From contig JBBQFN010000002.1 of NCBI GenBank assembly GCA_038321985.1, forward strand, positions 224,001-288,000: a stretch of DNA of 64,000 nt, given 5' to 3'. The notes beneath the pieces were generated by a model that saw only the letters and a list, made by a program, of their open reading frames with translations, was not told the DNA's origin and did not search any database. The DNA is from Cyanophyceae cyanobacterium. Its GTDB lineage: Bacteria; Cyanobacteriota; Cyanobacteriia; Cyanobacteriales; Laspinemataceae. The position numbers were made by a program, and so were the translations under genes. Position 1 is the first letter of the stretch; every line of letters begins with the position of its first letter. Positions 11,665 through 22,030 of this stretch are shown one piece after another.

Positions 11665-12359
11665 TATTCGCCTCTTATTATTTTAAAGTTCAGAGCTTAA
11701 AGTCGATTCAGTTGAGCGGGTTTAAACCAGATATAGCGCATTTGGCAGCCGTTTGACCAGAAATCGAGGACTGGGAGTATATGGTTTCCTTGTCGTCTTA
11801 GGAAGCTCAGATGCTGATAGCCTTAACAAGTCGGGGCAGTCTCAAAACCCGAAGAACAAGTGGGGTTTCTGACTCCCCGTACCCTATACTAATATTTTAG
11901 GCTGATTATTTTAAGTCTAGCCTGTATTAGCCGGGGTTAACCCCTCCGAAAAGTATCCCTCACGCCTGCTGAAGAACGCTTCTTCAGAGGTAGTCCCCTA
12001 TTTCTTCTTAATTTATTTTTTGAAGGCCAAGTAGACCTCTAAAATAAGGTAATTTCCGGCTTTCAGAAAAGAGTCGAGTAAATTTAGACCGGCTTTATTT
12101 AAGTTTAGCCTGTTGATCGGGGCGTGAAACCGATCGCGTTGGGTATCCTGAAACGAATTACTCATTTTTTCTACGGCGCGATCGCCTCCCCTATTCCCCT
12201 GCTTACTGTGACTTCGGAAGTTTTTTGAAAGGGAAGGGGGAAGCCGTGTCGTTCGCTACATTTTTTAAGTCCCCAGGGCCTGAAAATATGAGCATCTGTG
12301 ACATTAATGCTATTGTTGCTTTATTCTCTGTAGAATCCTGATCGTAGGCTAGGCTGATC

Positions 12360-14057
12360 ATGAAACCGCGAATTATTGTTTGCTGTCTGGGTAGCACGGG
12401 GTATCAGATTTTTGGGTTGTTAAGGCAACAAGGGGCGTCAGTTGTAGGGATTGGAGAGCGCCCGATTCCTGGAGAAGACACGGGGATGATCATTGGAGAT
12501 CCGCAATCGGCAGCTACGCTACTCGCGGCAGGAATTCGAGATGCAGATGCGATTACGATCGCCTCTGATGATGATGCCGTGAATTTGGCAATCCTCATGC
12601 AAGCTCGACTGCTCAATCCCCAGATTCGGATTATTACGCGGTTGTTTAATGGGAGTTTAGGCGATCGCTTGGATCGCACGTTACCCCAGCATAGCAGTAT
12701 GAGTGTATCCACTTTGGCTGCCCCTATTTTTGCGTTTGCAGCAATGGGGAGTCGGGCGATCGGGCAACTCACACTGTTTAATGAAACTTGGCCGATTCAC
12801 GAAGAATATATTGATGATCGCCATCCCTGGAATGGGCGTAAGTTGGAGGAGTTATGGGAAGATAAACGGCGGATGCTGATTTACTATTTACCCGAACATC
12901 CTCATATCGACCTGGTTTCTGCGGTGCTGACTGGAAAGACTCTGGAAGTGGGCGATCGCCTGATTGTGGCAACCCAACTGAGCAAGCGCCACAATCGGCG
13001 TTCTTGGGGGCGGAAATTCCAAGAAACAGTGGGAAATTGGCGACGGTTCCAGCAGCAAAATCAAGCCACAACCCTTGCCCTATTTGCCCTCTTACTAACA
13101 ATTTTAACCGCAACTTTCACTTATACTTCTATTAATACCGACACCTCTTTTGTTGATTCTCTCTATTTTTCCGTCGGCATGATTACAGGAGCCGGAGGTA
13201 ATGAAGCGGTAGCGGAACAGTCTCCGGTTCCCCTTAAATTGTTTACCGCGATGATGATGCTTGTGGGGGCCGGCGCAGTCGGGATTTGCTATGCGCTGCT
13301 TAATGATTTTATCCTAGGTAGCCGGTTTAGACAACTTTGGGATACACCCCAAATTCCCCCGCGTCATCATTATATTGTGTGCGGTTTGGGAGATATCGGA
13401 ATCAAGGCAGTCGAGCAACTCCATGGGAATGGATATGATGTAGTTGTCATTGAGCAGGATCCGAACTGCCGCTTTCTGAGTACGGCTCAGGGGTTAAAAA
13501 TTCCTGTGATTCAGGCAGATGCGACCCTACCGGCCAGTTTAAAATCGGCTAATATTGAAAAAGCCGAAGCGGTGTTAGCAGTCACCAGCGATGACATGAC
13601 CAATTTAGAAATTGCCTTGACGGCTAAAGGCGTAGTCCCACAGATCCCCGTTGTCGTCCGAAGTGAGGACCCGCGCTTTGCCTTGATGGTACAACAAGTA
13701 TTTGATTTCGAGCGGGTGCTCAATCCTACGGAAATAGCTGCACCAGCCTTTGCTGCGGCAGCGATCGGCGGACGGGTTTTAGGTAATGGCATGACTGCCG
13801 GGAGTTTATGGGTGGCGATCGCCACCTTAATCACCCCCGCCCATCCCTTTTATCATCAAACCGTCAAAGAATCCGCCCAGAAAGCCGATTTTGTTCCCTT
13901 ATATATTCAAACTCAGGGGGGAACGGTTCACGGATGGAACTTACTAGAAACTAATCTGGATGTGGGCCATGTTTTATATTTAACAATCCCTGCCAATAAA
14001 TTAGAATTACTCTGGCGGAGTACCCCCTCCCAACTGATATCTAGCAGTTCCAGTTAA
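12360..14057 (+). CDS. Potassium-channel-family protein with two TrkA-N (RCK) domains
   Basis: Two Rossmann-like RCK domains (CCLGSTG; VCGLGDIG) flank a TM-pore-TM unit (DSLYFSVGMITGAGG). Confidence 0.85.
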   Translation: MKPRIIVCCLGSTGYQIFGLLRQQGASVVGIGERPIPGEDTGMIIGDPQSAATLLAAGIRDADAITIASDDDAVNLAILMQARLLNPQIRIITRLFNGSLGDRLDRTLPQHSSMSVSTLAAPIFAFAAMGSRAIGQLTLFNETWPIHEEYIDDRHPWNGRKLEELWEDKRRMLIYYLPEHPHIDLVSAVLTGKTLEVGDRLIVATQLSKRHNRRSWGRKFQETVGNWRRFQQQNQATTLALFALLLTILTATFTYTSINTDTSFVDSLYFSVGMITGAGGNEAVAEQSPVPLKLFTAMMMLVGAGAVGICYALLNDFILGSRFRQLWDTPQIPPRHHYIVCGLGDIGIKAVEQLHGNGYDVVVIEQDPNCRFLSTAQGLKIPVIQADATLPASLKSANIEKAEAVLAVTSDDMTNLEIALTAKGVVPQIPVVVRSEDPRFALMVQQVFDFERVLNPTEIAAPAFAAAAIGGRVLGNGMTAGSLWVAIATLITPAHPFYHQTVKESAQKADFVPLYIQTQGGTVHGWNLLETNLDVGHVLYLTIPANKLELLWRSTPSQLISSSSS

Positions 14058-14064
14058 CTGTTAA

Positions 14065-14098
14065 AAAGATTCCTCACCCCAGCAGGTGAGGAGTCTTT
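14065..14098. terminator. Bidirectional hairpin terminator
   Basis: AAAGATTCCTCACC-ccagca-GGTGAGGAGTCTTT between convergent genes. Confidence 0.65.
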
Positions 14099-14170
14099 AA
14101 AAGTAGCCTGAATTCTGATCCAATGGAAGAGAAAAAGGCTCGAACAGGTCGGTATTTTCAGCTTCTCCCA

Positions 14171-15169
14171 TTAGGGATAAACTTGAGGATATTGTTCCGG
14201 CTCGATATAATTGCCATCACACTCATATTTTGCTCGGTAGGAAAGTAACTTTAAAGTATCGTTAGTAAACTGGTAAGCCGACCGAGATCCACAATCTCCC
14301 AATCCTCTAAATTGTGTCCAAATTGTCAACAATTCAGTCTGGGGATTGTAAGTTGACCGCCCTCCCAAGGTGCGAATATCGTTAGGGGTGGGTTTGCCTC
14401 TCCCTTCTGAATTAAATTTAGTCAGGGTTAAGGGTTTTGTTGTAATCTTTCCAGCAGTGTCTTCATAAAGCCAAAATTCAAAGGCTTCCTGATAGGCGGC
14501 TAAAAAGCACGAAACCTTTACCAAATATTTCCCTTCTCCAACAGAATAGATTTCTGAAGCAGTGGCCGAATGTTCACGGTCCAAATTTGGCTCGCAAACC
14601 TTCAATTCGTCTTGATTGCGATAAAAATAGTCTAGAATTAACCGATCGCCTTCTGGCGAAACCCCCCTGGCAGTTGCTGAATTTTGAGCGGAAACCAGTA
14701 CCAGTGGCTCTCGCATTAACTGAGTACCATTTTCAGTAACTGTGAGATACATCGGCCCGCTGTTCCCCTCTTGCCACGAAATAGAATAAGTCGTGTCCTG
14801 ATTTTCCCAGGAAATTCCCCGCTGTCCTCGGTCTTCCCAACGAGTACCCCCTTGAATATCTATACAATTCCCGGCGGCATCACATCCACGATAGGTTCGT
14901 TCCCCCTCGCTAATTCCGAGGGTAACCCTATATTCTCCAGCTTGGTAAGTTTCCGCGTTAGGGTCTGCCTCTTCTGCGGGGGTAGGTTTGCTACTTTGTG
15001 GCAATTGGGTTGAGGGATTCGGGTTCTGAGTGATCTGAGAATCGGTTTCGGCCTTTTCCGTGGATTCTCCGGATTCAGAAGCAGTATCTTGGCTCGTTAT
15101 GCCATCGTTGCAGGCAATTAGCCCTAGAAAAAGGGTTAGAAATACCAAGAACCGGGAAAATTTTTTCAT
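14171..15169 (-). CDS. Lipoprotein with C-terminal DUF1176-like domain
   Basis: Lipobox LIAC after a hydrophobic signal, then a low-complexity linker. C-terminal CFLAAYQ...RGLGDCGS...CDG pattern. Confidence 0.7.
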   Translation of the reverse strand: MKKFSRFLVFLTLFLGLIACNDGITSQDTASESGESTEKAETDSQITQNPNPSTQLPQSSKPTPAEEADPNAETYQAGEYRVTLGISEGERTYRGCDAAGNCIDIQGGTRWEDRGQRGISWENQDTTYSISWQEGNSGPMYLTVTENGTQLMREPLVLVSAQNSATARGVSPEGDRLILDYFYRNQDELKVCEPNLDREHSATASEIYSVGEGKYLVKVSCFLAAYQEAFEFWLYEDTAGKITTKPLTLTKFNSEGRGKPTPNDIRTLGGRSTYNPQTELLTIWTQFRGLGDCGSRSAYQFTNDTLKLLSYRAKYECDGNYIEPEQYPQVYP

Positions 15170-15434
15170 AATTAGGGGGAATTAAGGGTTTACTAGGGTT
15201 TTCTGAATAATTTTATATCGGTTTTGACCGATCGCCCTTTCTCCGTTGCCTTTCCCTGTTACCATAATTACAGAACCCTGTCAATCTGGGCCCTTTCAAC
15301 CTGTGGCGATCGCCCTTGGCGGCAGACACAAGCTGTTCCCCCTCAGTGAAACTTGAATCCTGCAACCAGGGGAATCCTTGTCTCCCCTGATTACGTGGGT
15401 AACTCCGGGCGATCTCGTTATCTCCCGCGCCGGT

Positions 15435-16025
15435 TTACAGGAATTCAAATCCCGCTTCCGCTAAAGCGCGATCCAAGATATCAACGGCATGGAGTGCGAT
15501 CGCCCATTCCCGAAGATACTCAAAGTCTAAATCCTCATTCTGAACCTTGAGCATCCACACAATATCTCGCCAGACTTGATCTACATTGCGATCGCTGTCT
15601 CGATACTCCATTAATTTTTCCAGAAAAATATCTTCTAACGAAGGTACCCACAGCGAGCGTTCTGGGTTCAGTTGCACAATGATCGGCCTGCGCCGACTAA
15701 ATAGCGACTGCCAAAATAAGTCATCTTTTAAAATTAACAGATTCACTGAAATATTGGTGTCTTTATGGACTAAAGTAACCCCAGATTGCGCTCTAACCGC
15801 TTCTCTGAGTGCCGCTTCTGTTACCTTAAAACTGGGTTCAATCGCCTCATATAGTCCCGGCGACTTATCCCGCCGCAAATCCACCAGCAGAGCGATAAAA
15901 CTGGGAATCTGGCGGTCAGTTTTCAAAGCTCTAGCTAATCTACTTTCAGTCACATAAGGAATAGCCAACCGTTCCAAAACCTGGACCAGTTTTAAAATAA
16001 TTTTAATCGGATCTGCATTAGACAC
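15435..16025 (-). CDS. Hypothetical protein, degenerate nucleotidyltransferase-like fold
   Basis: C-terminal SLEDIFLEKL..WRDIVWMLKVQNEDLDFEYLREWA resembles a cyanobacterial NTase-like family. The N-terminal catalytic motifs are not recognisable. Confidence 0.6.
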   Translation of the reverse strand: MSNADPIKIILKLVQVLERLAIPYVTESRLARALKTDRQIPSFIALLVDLRRDKSPGLYEAIEPSFKVTEAALREAVRAQSGVTLVHKDTNISVNLLILKDDLFWQSLFSRRRPIIVQLNPERSLWVPSLEDIFLEKLMEYRDSDRNVDQVWRDIVWMLKVQNEDLDFEYLREWAIALHAVDILDRALAEAGFEFL

Positions 16026-16218
16026 TGCTTTTCTCCTATTTCTTTCGGGTTTCGGTTCAATTCAGAGGTTCCAGTAAGCCTACCAATTTCCGACCTTTCC
16101 CTGACTTAAAAATCCCCGTTAATTAACAATATTATTTCTCAATAATAGAATAAATTTTCAAAAGCGTCAACCAACTCTCAGGCATTCGTAATAAAAAAAT
16201 CAATCATTTCTTTATCCC

Positions 16219-17835
16219 TTATTCCCGTCGCCAATCGACCCCCCAAGCGATCGCGGCTATCCCCCACAAGCCCAACAATAACCAATTTCCCCATCGCACA
16301 TAAAGGGTCTGAGTTTGGCGTCGGTAAATCGTCTCGGCTCGCACCTGATAAGCATTCTGTTCAGAAATCCAGATTGTTTTCCCCTGGGGATTGACGATCG
16401 CCGAATAACCCGTATTGGTGGCACGAACTGCCCAGCGATCGGTTTCGATCGCCCGCATGACATCCTGGGCATGGTGCTGCTGCATCATTGTCCCTGTATA
16501 ATGAGCATCATTAGAGGCACTCAGGATAAACTCTCCCCCGGCGGCTGCTTGTCGCCGAAACAACTCCGGAAAGGCTGAATCATAACAAATTCCGGCGATC
16601 GCCCGTCCGAAGGGGGTATCAAATACTTGGTCTGGTCTACCCGCCACTAAACGAGCATCCAGCGGGGATAACTTCGCTACAATTTTTCCAAAAATTTGCT
16701 CAAATGGGATATATTCTCCCAACGGAACCAACTTTGTTTTATCGTAACGGCTAAACGTTTCCCCAGCGGGAGTAACCGTGACTAAACTATTCGTAAAATT
16801 CCGCTCTCGACTGCCAAAGGTTCCCACCCAAGCAATTGCTTCATGGTCGAGAATAGTTTGATAAAAAGAACTGGCTCTGATATTCTCGGCGGTCCATAAA
16901 TAGGGGAAGGCTGTCTCCGGAATCAAAATTCCATCCACCCCCGCCTCGGCTAACTCTTGATAGCCCGTCGTATATCCCTCTAAGGCGCGACGCCATCCCT
17001 GGGAATTAAACTTAATATCGTTCGGAATATTTCCTTGAATAATGCCCACATTTAAGGCCGTTTCCGGCGTTTGTATCAACGGGCGATTATAGAGAAATAA
17101 TCCAATTCCGTGTAAACTGAGGAATAAAATAATGGAGGAAACGAATAAATAAACTCGGTTTCGAGTAGGAGTGGGAGGGGAATGAGTGAAGGTAATAATT
17201 GCTTCAGCAATTAACCCATTCACACCCACGATCGCCCCGGTAACTGCGGTGGGACCGGAAAGCTGCCCCAGATGTAAAATGATTAAATTATGGTTGCTTT
17301 GGGTATAAGCTAGGGCAGTCCACCAGAGGTTTCCTGAACTCCATATCGCCTCTAAAGTACACCAAAGGGCAGTCCCGACGGCCACCCGCACCCAGGGCGA
17401 GAGGGGATGTCCAGAACCCTTTGTAAATAGGCGACTTATCAGCAAAAGTGTGATGGCCCAAACCGTGACCAATGCTGCACCCCAGAAGGTGATAAAGCTC
17501 CAACAAAAGGAGGCGATCGCCAAACTTGCCAGCCAAGGAACCCCCAACCAAGTCATCGGATGAATGCCGGTAATCCAAAATAAGGCAATTCCGTGATATC
17601 CGATTCCCCATAATAAGGGCAATCCTAAAAAATTCCACTGAAATATTGGGTTGATTTTTGACTGATTTTCTGCCCTTTCCCTGACTAAAATCCACAGGGG
17701 AATTAAGGCAATCCAAGCCAAGGGCCAAGCGTTGCCCGGTGCCGGGGTTAATCCCATCAAAACCCCACCCCATAAAGCGGCGGCAAATTTCCAGAAAACT
17801 TTGGGTTCTAAGGAGGGTTTAAGAGAGTTATACAC
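16219..17835 (-). CDS. lnt: Apolipoprotein N-acyltransferase
   Basis: Multi-TM N-terminus. Nitrilase-fold motifs QGNIP, PETA, KTKLVPLGEYIP, ICYDSAF, SNDAHY, RATNTGYS. Confidence 0.95.
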   Translation of the reverse strand: MYNSLKPSLEPKVFWKFAAALWGGVLMGLTPAPGNAWPLAWIALIPLWILVRERAENQSKINPIFQWNFLGLPLLWGIGYHGIALFWITGIHPMTWLGVPWLASLAIASFCWSFITFWGAALVTVWAITLLLISRLFTKGSGHPLSPWVRVAVGTALWCTLEAIWSSGNLWWTALAYTQSNHNLIILHLGQLSGPTAVTGAIVGVNGLIAEAIITFTHSPPTPTRNRVYLFVSSIILFLSLHGIGLFLYNRPLIQTPETALNVGIIQGNIPNDIKFNSQGWRRALEGYTTGYQELAEAGVDGILIPETAFPYLWTAENIRASSFYQTILDHEAIAWVGTFGSRERNFTNSLVTVTPAGETFSRYDKTKLVPLGEYIPFEQIFGKIVAKLSPLDARLVAGRPDQVFDTPFGRAIAGICYDSAFPELFRRQAAAGGEFILSASNDAHYTGTMMQQHHAQDVMRAIETDRWAVRATNTGYSAIVNPQGKTIWISEQNAYQVRAETIYRRQTQTLYVRWGNWLLLGLWGIAAIAWGVDWRRE

Positions 17836-17888
17836 GAGTATTTATATTTTTGAAAAATTTAGTTAAGAGTAATTATGGTAAGTATAAA

Positions 17889-17943
17889 GTGCGTCAGATA
17901 ACAAGGGTATTCGTTTGTTGTACCCATTATTAGTCTGACGCAC
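17889..17943. repeat. REP-like inverted repeat
   Basis: GTGCGTCAGA ... TCTGACGCAC arms just downstream of gyrA. Confidence 0.55.
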
Positions 17944-17967
17944 CCGATCTAAACGGTTGAGAGGGAT

Positions 17968-20697
17968 TTAATCCTGCTCTTCGATTTCGGTTTCCGTGAT
18001 GAGTTCCTCTTCTTCACCGGATGCTGGCAGTAACACCACTCCCCCTTCGAGGTCAATTTCGGTTTCGATGGCGAGTTCATCTTCTTCACCGGATGCTGGA
18101 ACTAACGCCACTCCGGCGATCGCATCCGAAGAATCAAGACGCTGAACTCGGACCCCTCGGGCCGATCGCGATTGGGAGGAAATGGCTTTACTCGCCTGAC
18201 GAATGATAATCCCGCGATTGGTAACAATCATCAGTTCATCATCTTCATTGACGATTCGCAGTGCCGCAAGTCGGTCTTTTTCATTGCGGAATTTGATTGC
18301 ACAAACCCCTTTTCCGGCCCGTCGTTGTAGGCGGAATTGAGTCACCGGAACCCGTTTACCAAACCCGCAGGTTGTAATCACCAAAGCCCAAGGACCAGGA
18401 TAAGAAGAGGTTTCAGCAATATTCTCCTCTTCCCCTTCCGTCTCCTCGGTTTGCAGATCCAACTCTTCCTCTTCGAGTTCTACTTCGAGTTCTACGTCGA
18501 GTTCTACGTCGAGTTCTAGATTTTCATCCTCGATCGCCTCCTGCATTGCCGCCGTAACTTGGGAGGGGAGTACATCCATGCTGATGATGTTGTCACCTTT
18601 GCGGAGGTTCATTGACTTAACCCCTCGCGTTGCTCGACCCAAAGGACGAAGTTGTTTATGATCAGCTTTGAAATGAATTGCCATTCCCTTCGCTGAACCG
18701 ATAATAATGGTATCTTCGGGTCGCGCTTTGCGGACCCAGCGCAATTCATCTCCCTCGGATAAAGAGATGGCAATTAAGCCATTAGCGCGGATATTGGAAA
18801 AGGCAGAGAGGGCGGTTTTTTTTATATAACCGCCTCTGGTGAGCATCACTAAGTATTCATCATCGGAGAATTCTTCTACCGAGATAATGGAGGTGATTTT
18901 TTCATTAAAGGGAATTGGCAACATTTGGGTGATTGCCATTCCCCGTGCCGTGCGAGATCCGGTGGGTATTTGATAGGCATGGAGGCAGTACACCACCCCG
19001 CGCTCGCTAAAGAATAAAATAGCATCGTGGTCGCGACAGGTTAAGAAATGGGCAATTCCATCATCCTCTTTAATCTTCGCCCCGGACTTGCCTCGGGTTG
19101 CCCGACTTTGAGCCTCGAAGGTATTAACCGGCATCCGCTTAATATACCCTTGTTCCGTAATCATCACCAGGGCTTTTTCATTGGCGATTAAATCGGTTAC
19201 ATCGATTTCACCTTCGGCGTGTTCGATGACGGTTCGACGGGGGGTGGAGAACTTTGTTTTAAGTTCGGACGCTTCGTTTTCAATGATTTCTAGAACCCGT
19301 TCCCGCCGTGCCAAGATATCCCGCAAATCAGTGATGATGAGTTGCAGGTCGTCATGTTCTTGGTGAATTTTATCCGCTTCTAAGGCCGTTAAGCGGCGTA
19401 ATTGCATTTGCAGAATCGCGTCAGCTTGGACTTCAGAAAATTCGTAGGACGCAATTAATTCTTGTTTAGCACTTGGAGTATCTGCTGCTCGTCGAATTAA
19501 GGCAATAATGCTATCTAAATTTTCCAGGGCAATTAGTAATCCCTGTAACAGGTGGTCCCGTTCTTCAGCTTTTCGCAGTTCATAGCGAGTCCGTCGTTCG
19601 ATGGTTTCGATGCGGAACTCTAAAAAGACGGTTAGGAACTGTCGGAGGGTGAGCAACTGCGGTTCGCTGTTAACCAGCGCCAGCATATTGGCTCCGAAAT
19701 TGGCCTGTAAGGGAGTTTGTTTGTACAGGTTGTTGAGGACGACGCGGGGGTAGGCATCGCGCTTGAGTTCGATGACGATTCGCATCCCGTCGCGATCGCT
19801 CTCATCCCGGATATCGGAGATGCCTTCTAGGCGCTTTTCGTTCACCATTTCGGCGATTCTTTCGATCATCGCTGCCTTATTGGTTTGGTAAGGCAATTCG
19901 GTAATCACGATCGCGTCTTTGTCCGGACGTCCGCGATGCTCGATGGTTTCAATGGCAGCCACGCCGCGCATGGTGATCGAACCCCGTCCGGTGGTATAGG
20001 CTTCCCGGATGCTACTGACGCCCAGAATCTGGCCCCCGGTGGGAAAATCCGGACCGGGGATGTAGTGCATCAGCTCAATGTCTGTAATCTCCGGGTTGTG
20101 GATCATCGCCACTAAGCCATCCATCAGTTCTCCCAAGTTGTGGGGAGGAATGTTGGTTGCCATCCCTACGGCGATACCGGAGGAGCCGTTGAGTAAGAGT
20201 TGGGGAACGCGGGTCGGTAAGACAATCGGTTCTTGCTGCGATCCATCGAAGTTATCAATGAAATCCACCGTTTCTTGGTCAATGTCCCGCAACATGGCAT
20301 CCATGCTCAGGGATTGCAGACGACATTCCGTATAACGCATGGCTGCCGGAGGGTCGTTGTCAATGGAGCCAAAGTTGCCGTGACCATTGATCAGGGGCGA
20401 TCGCATGGAAAAATCCTGGGCCATCCGCACCAAGGCATCGTAAACTGCTGTATCGCCGTGGGGGTGGTACTTACCGAGGACTTCCCCGACCACACGAGCG
20501 CATTTACGGAAGGGGCGGTCTGGGGTCAAGCCCAACTCGTGCATAGCATAGAGAATCCGCCTGTGTACAGGCTTGAGACCATCCCTAGCATCTGGGAGCG
20601 CCCGACCGACGATTACGCTCATGGCGTATTCGAGGTAGGACTGTTGCATTTCATTCCGCAGATCCGTCGGGATTATCCGCTCCTGGGAGGTGGTCAT
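17968..20697 (-). CDS. gyrA: DNA gyrase subunit A
   Basis: [24 protein letters not shown] and AAMRYTE (catalytic Tyr). GyrA-box-like [10 protein letters not shown] and a beta-pinwheel C-terminal domain. Confidence 0.96.
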   Translation of the reverse strand: MTTSQERIIPTDLRNEMQQSYLEYAMSVIVGRALPDARDGLKPVHRRILYAMHELGLTPDRPFRKCARVVGEVLGKYHPHGDTAVYDALVRMAQDFSMRSPLINGHGNFGSIDNDPPAAMRYTECRLQSLSMDAMLRDIDQETVDFIDNFDGSQQEPIVLPTRVPQLLLNGSSGIAVGMATNIPPHNLGELMDGLVAMIHNPEITDIELMHYIPGPDFPTGGQILGVSSIREAYTTGRGSITMRGVAAIETIEHRGRPDKDAIVITELPYQTNKAAMIERIAEMVNEKRLEGISDIRDESDRDGMRIVIELKRDAYPRVVLNNLYKQTPLQANFGANMLALVNSEPQLLTLRQFLTVFLEFRIETIERRTRYELRKAEERDHLLQGLLIALENLDSIIALIRRAADTPSAKQELIASYEFSEVQADAILQMQLRRLTALEADKIHQEHDDLQLIITDLRDILARRERVLEIIENEASELKTKFSTPRRTVIEHAEGEIDVTDLIANEKALVMITEQGYIKRMPVNTFEAQSRATRGKSGAKIKEDDGIAHFLTCRDHDAILFFSERGVVYCLHAYQIPTGSRTARGMAITQMLPIPFNEKITSIISVEEFSDDEYLVMLTRGGYIKKTALSAFSNIRANGLIAISLSEGDELRWVRKARPEDTIIIGSAKGMAIHFKADHKQLRPLGRATRGVKSMNLRKGDNIISMDVLPSQVTAAMQEAIEDENLELDVELDVELEVELEEEELDLQTEETEGEEENIAETSSYPGPWALVITTCGFGKRVPVTQFRLQRRAGKGVCAIKFRNEKDRLAALRIVNEDDELMIVTNRGIIIRQASKAISSQSRSARGVRVQRLDSSDAIAGVALVPASGEEDELAIETEIDLEGGVVLLPASGEEEELITETEIEEQD
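18473..18520. repeat. 12-bp tandem repeat x4 inside gyrA (ELDV/ELEV)
   Basis: TCGAGTTCTA(CT/CG/CG/GA) repeated four times. Confidence 0.9.
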
Positions 20698-20886
20698 AAG
20701 ATGAAAAACTCCAAAAATGTGAGACTAGATAGCTATCAGTCAGAGAACTGACCGTTAGGCTATCGGACATCTAAATATTCCTAATTTGTGATTAATATTT
20801 TAACATAGATTGACCCTATTCTAACCAAGGGCGACTATCTAAAATACCTCGATTTGTGGGGTATTATTTGAGCGCGGATAATTATC

Positions 20887-20970
20887 AGTCGATAGGGGAC
20901 AGTTTTCAGTGGTCAGTAGACAATGGAGAGTCGATAGTGGACAGTTTTCAGTGGTGAGTGGACAATGGAG
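20887..20970. repeat. 42-bp tandem duplication (heptamer-based, STRR-like)
   Basis: AGTCGATAGGGGACAGTTTTCAGTGGTCAGTAGACAATGGAG followed by AGTCGATAGTGGACAGTTTTCAGTGGTGAGTGGACAATGGAG. Confidence 0.85.
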
Positions 20971-21966
20971 AATAAGACCGGAACAATCATTACATCAGAC
21001 CCAGGATATCAGACCCAGGACATTACACAAATGACCCATGACAAGCGACTGTTTTCTGTAATCTACTCGGAAGAATTTTTAAAACATGATACGGGGCGAT
21101 CGCATCCGGAACGTCCGGCTCGATTAACGGCCATTGTGGAAGCGTTAAAAGCCTTACCTTGGGCTGATTGCCTTTCTTGGCACCTGCCAACCCCGGGGGA
21201 GAATGGGGCGGCGATCGCAGCTATCAAGCGGGTTCATACTCCACGCCACCTTCACGAAATTGAAATATTGGCCGAATCTGGGGGGGGTCGGTTGGATATG
21301 GATACCCTGGTTTCTCGCTTCAGTTACGAGATTGCGCTACTGGCAGTCAGTGCGTGGCTGGATGGAGTTGATCGCGTTTTGGAGACGGGGGAACCGGCGT
21401 TTGTGTTAGCGCGACCCCCGGGACATCATGCCGAGAGCGATCGCGGCATGGGATTTTGTCTGTTTTCCAATGCAGCGATCGCGGCTAACTATGCCTTAGA
21501 ACAACACGGACTCAAGCGAGTTGCCATCCTAGATTGGGACGTGCATCATGGCAATGGCACCCAGGAAATCGTCGAAAAAAATCCCCAAATTGCCTACTGT
21601 TCCCTTCATCAATCCCCCTGTTATCCCGGGACCGGCGCAGCCAGCGAAACCGGCCCTCATGATAACATCCTCAATCTTCCCCTTCCTGCGGGCAGTACCC
21701 TAGCTGAATATCGGGTCTTGTTTGAGGAAAAAGTTATGCCCTTTCTCAGCCATTTTCAGCCGGATTTGTTACTGGTTAGCGCTGGATATGATGCCAATAC
21801 TGCCGACCCCTTAGCCCGGATCGACCTGCAACCTGAAGATTATGGCATCCTGACTGATTATTGTCTGCAACTGACTCGTCGGATCGTCTTCGGATTGGAG
21901 GGAGGATATCACTTAGATTCCCTCAGTCAGTCAGTTGTTGCCACCATTGCTCGCTGTATCGAATAA
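20965..21966 (+). CDS. Histone deacetylase / acetylpolyamine amidohydrolase superfamily protein
   Basis: HPERPARL, RPPGHHA, GFCLFSN, DWDVHHGNGTQ, SAGYDA..DPL, LEGGY. The true start may be at about 21031. Confidence 0.93.
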   Translation: MENKTGTIITSDPGYQTQDITQMTHDKRLFSVIYSEEFLKHDTGRSHPERPARLTAIVEALKALPWADCLSWHLPTPGENGAAIAAIKRVHTPRHLHEIEILAESGGGRLDMDTLVSRFSYEIALLAVSAWLDGVDRVLETGEPAFVLARPPGHHAESDRGMGFCLFSNAAIAANYALEQHGLKRVAILDWDVHHGNGTQEIVEKNPQIAYCSLHQSPCYPGTGAASETGPHDNILNLPLPAGSTLAEYRVLFEEKVMPFLSHFQPDLLLVSAGYDANTADPLARIDLQPEDYGILTDYCLQLTRRIVFGLEGGYHLDSLSQSVVATIARCIE

Positions 21967-22030
21967 TCCTTGGGAAAACCCTGTTTATTGGTTTAAGAGG
22001 GTAATGCTAGACTCCCTCTTTTCCCGTGGA

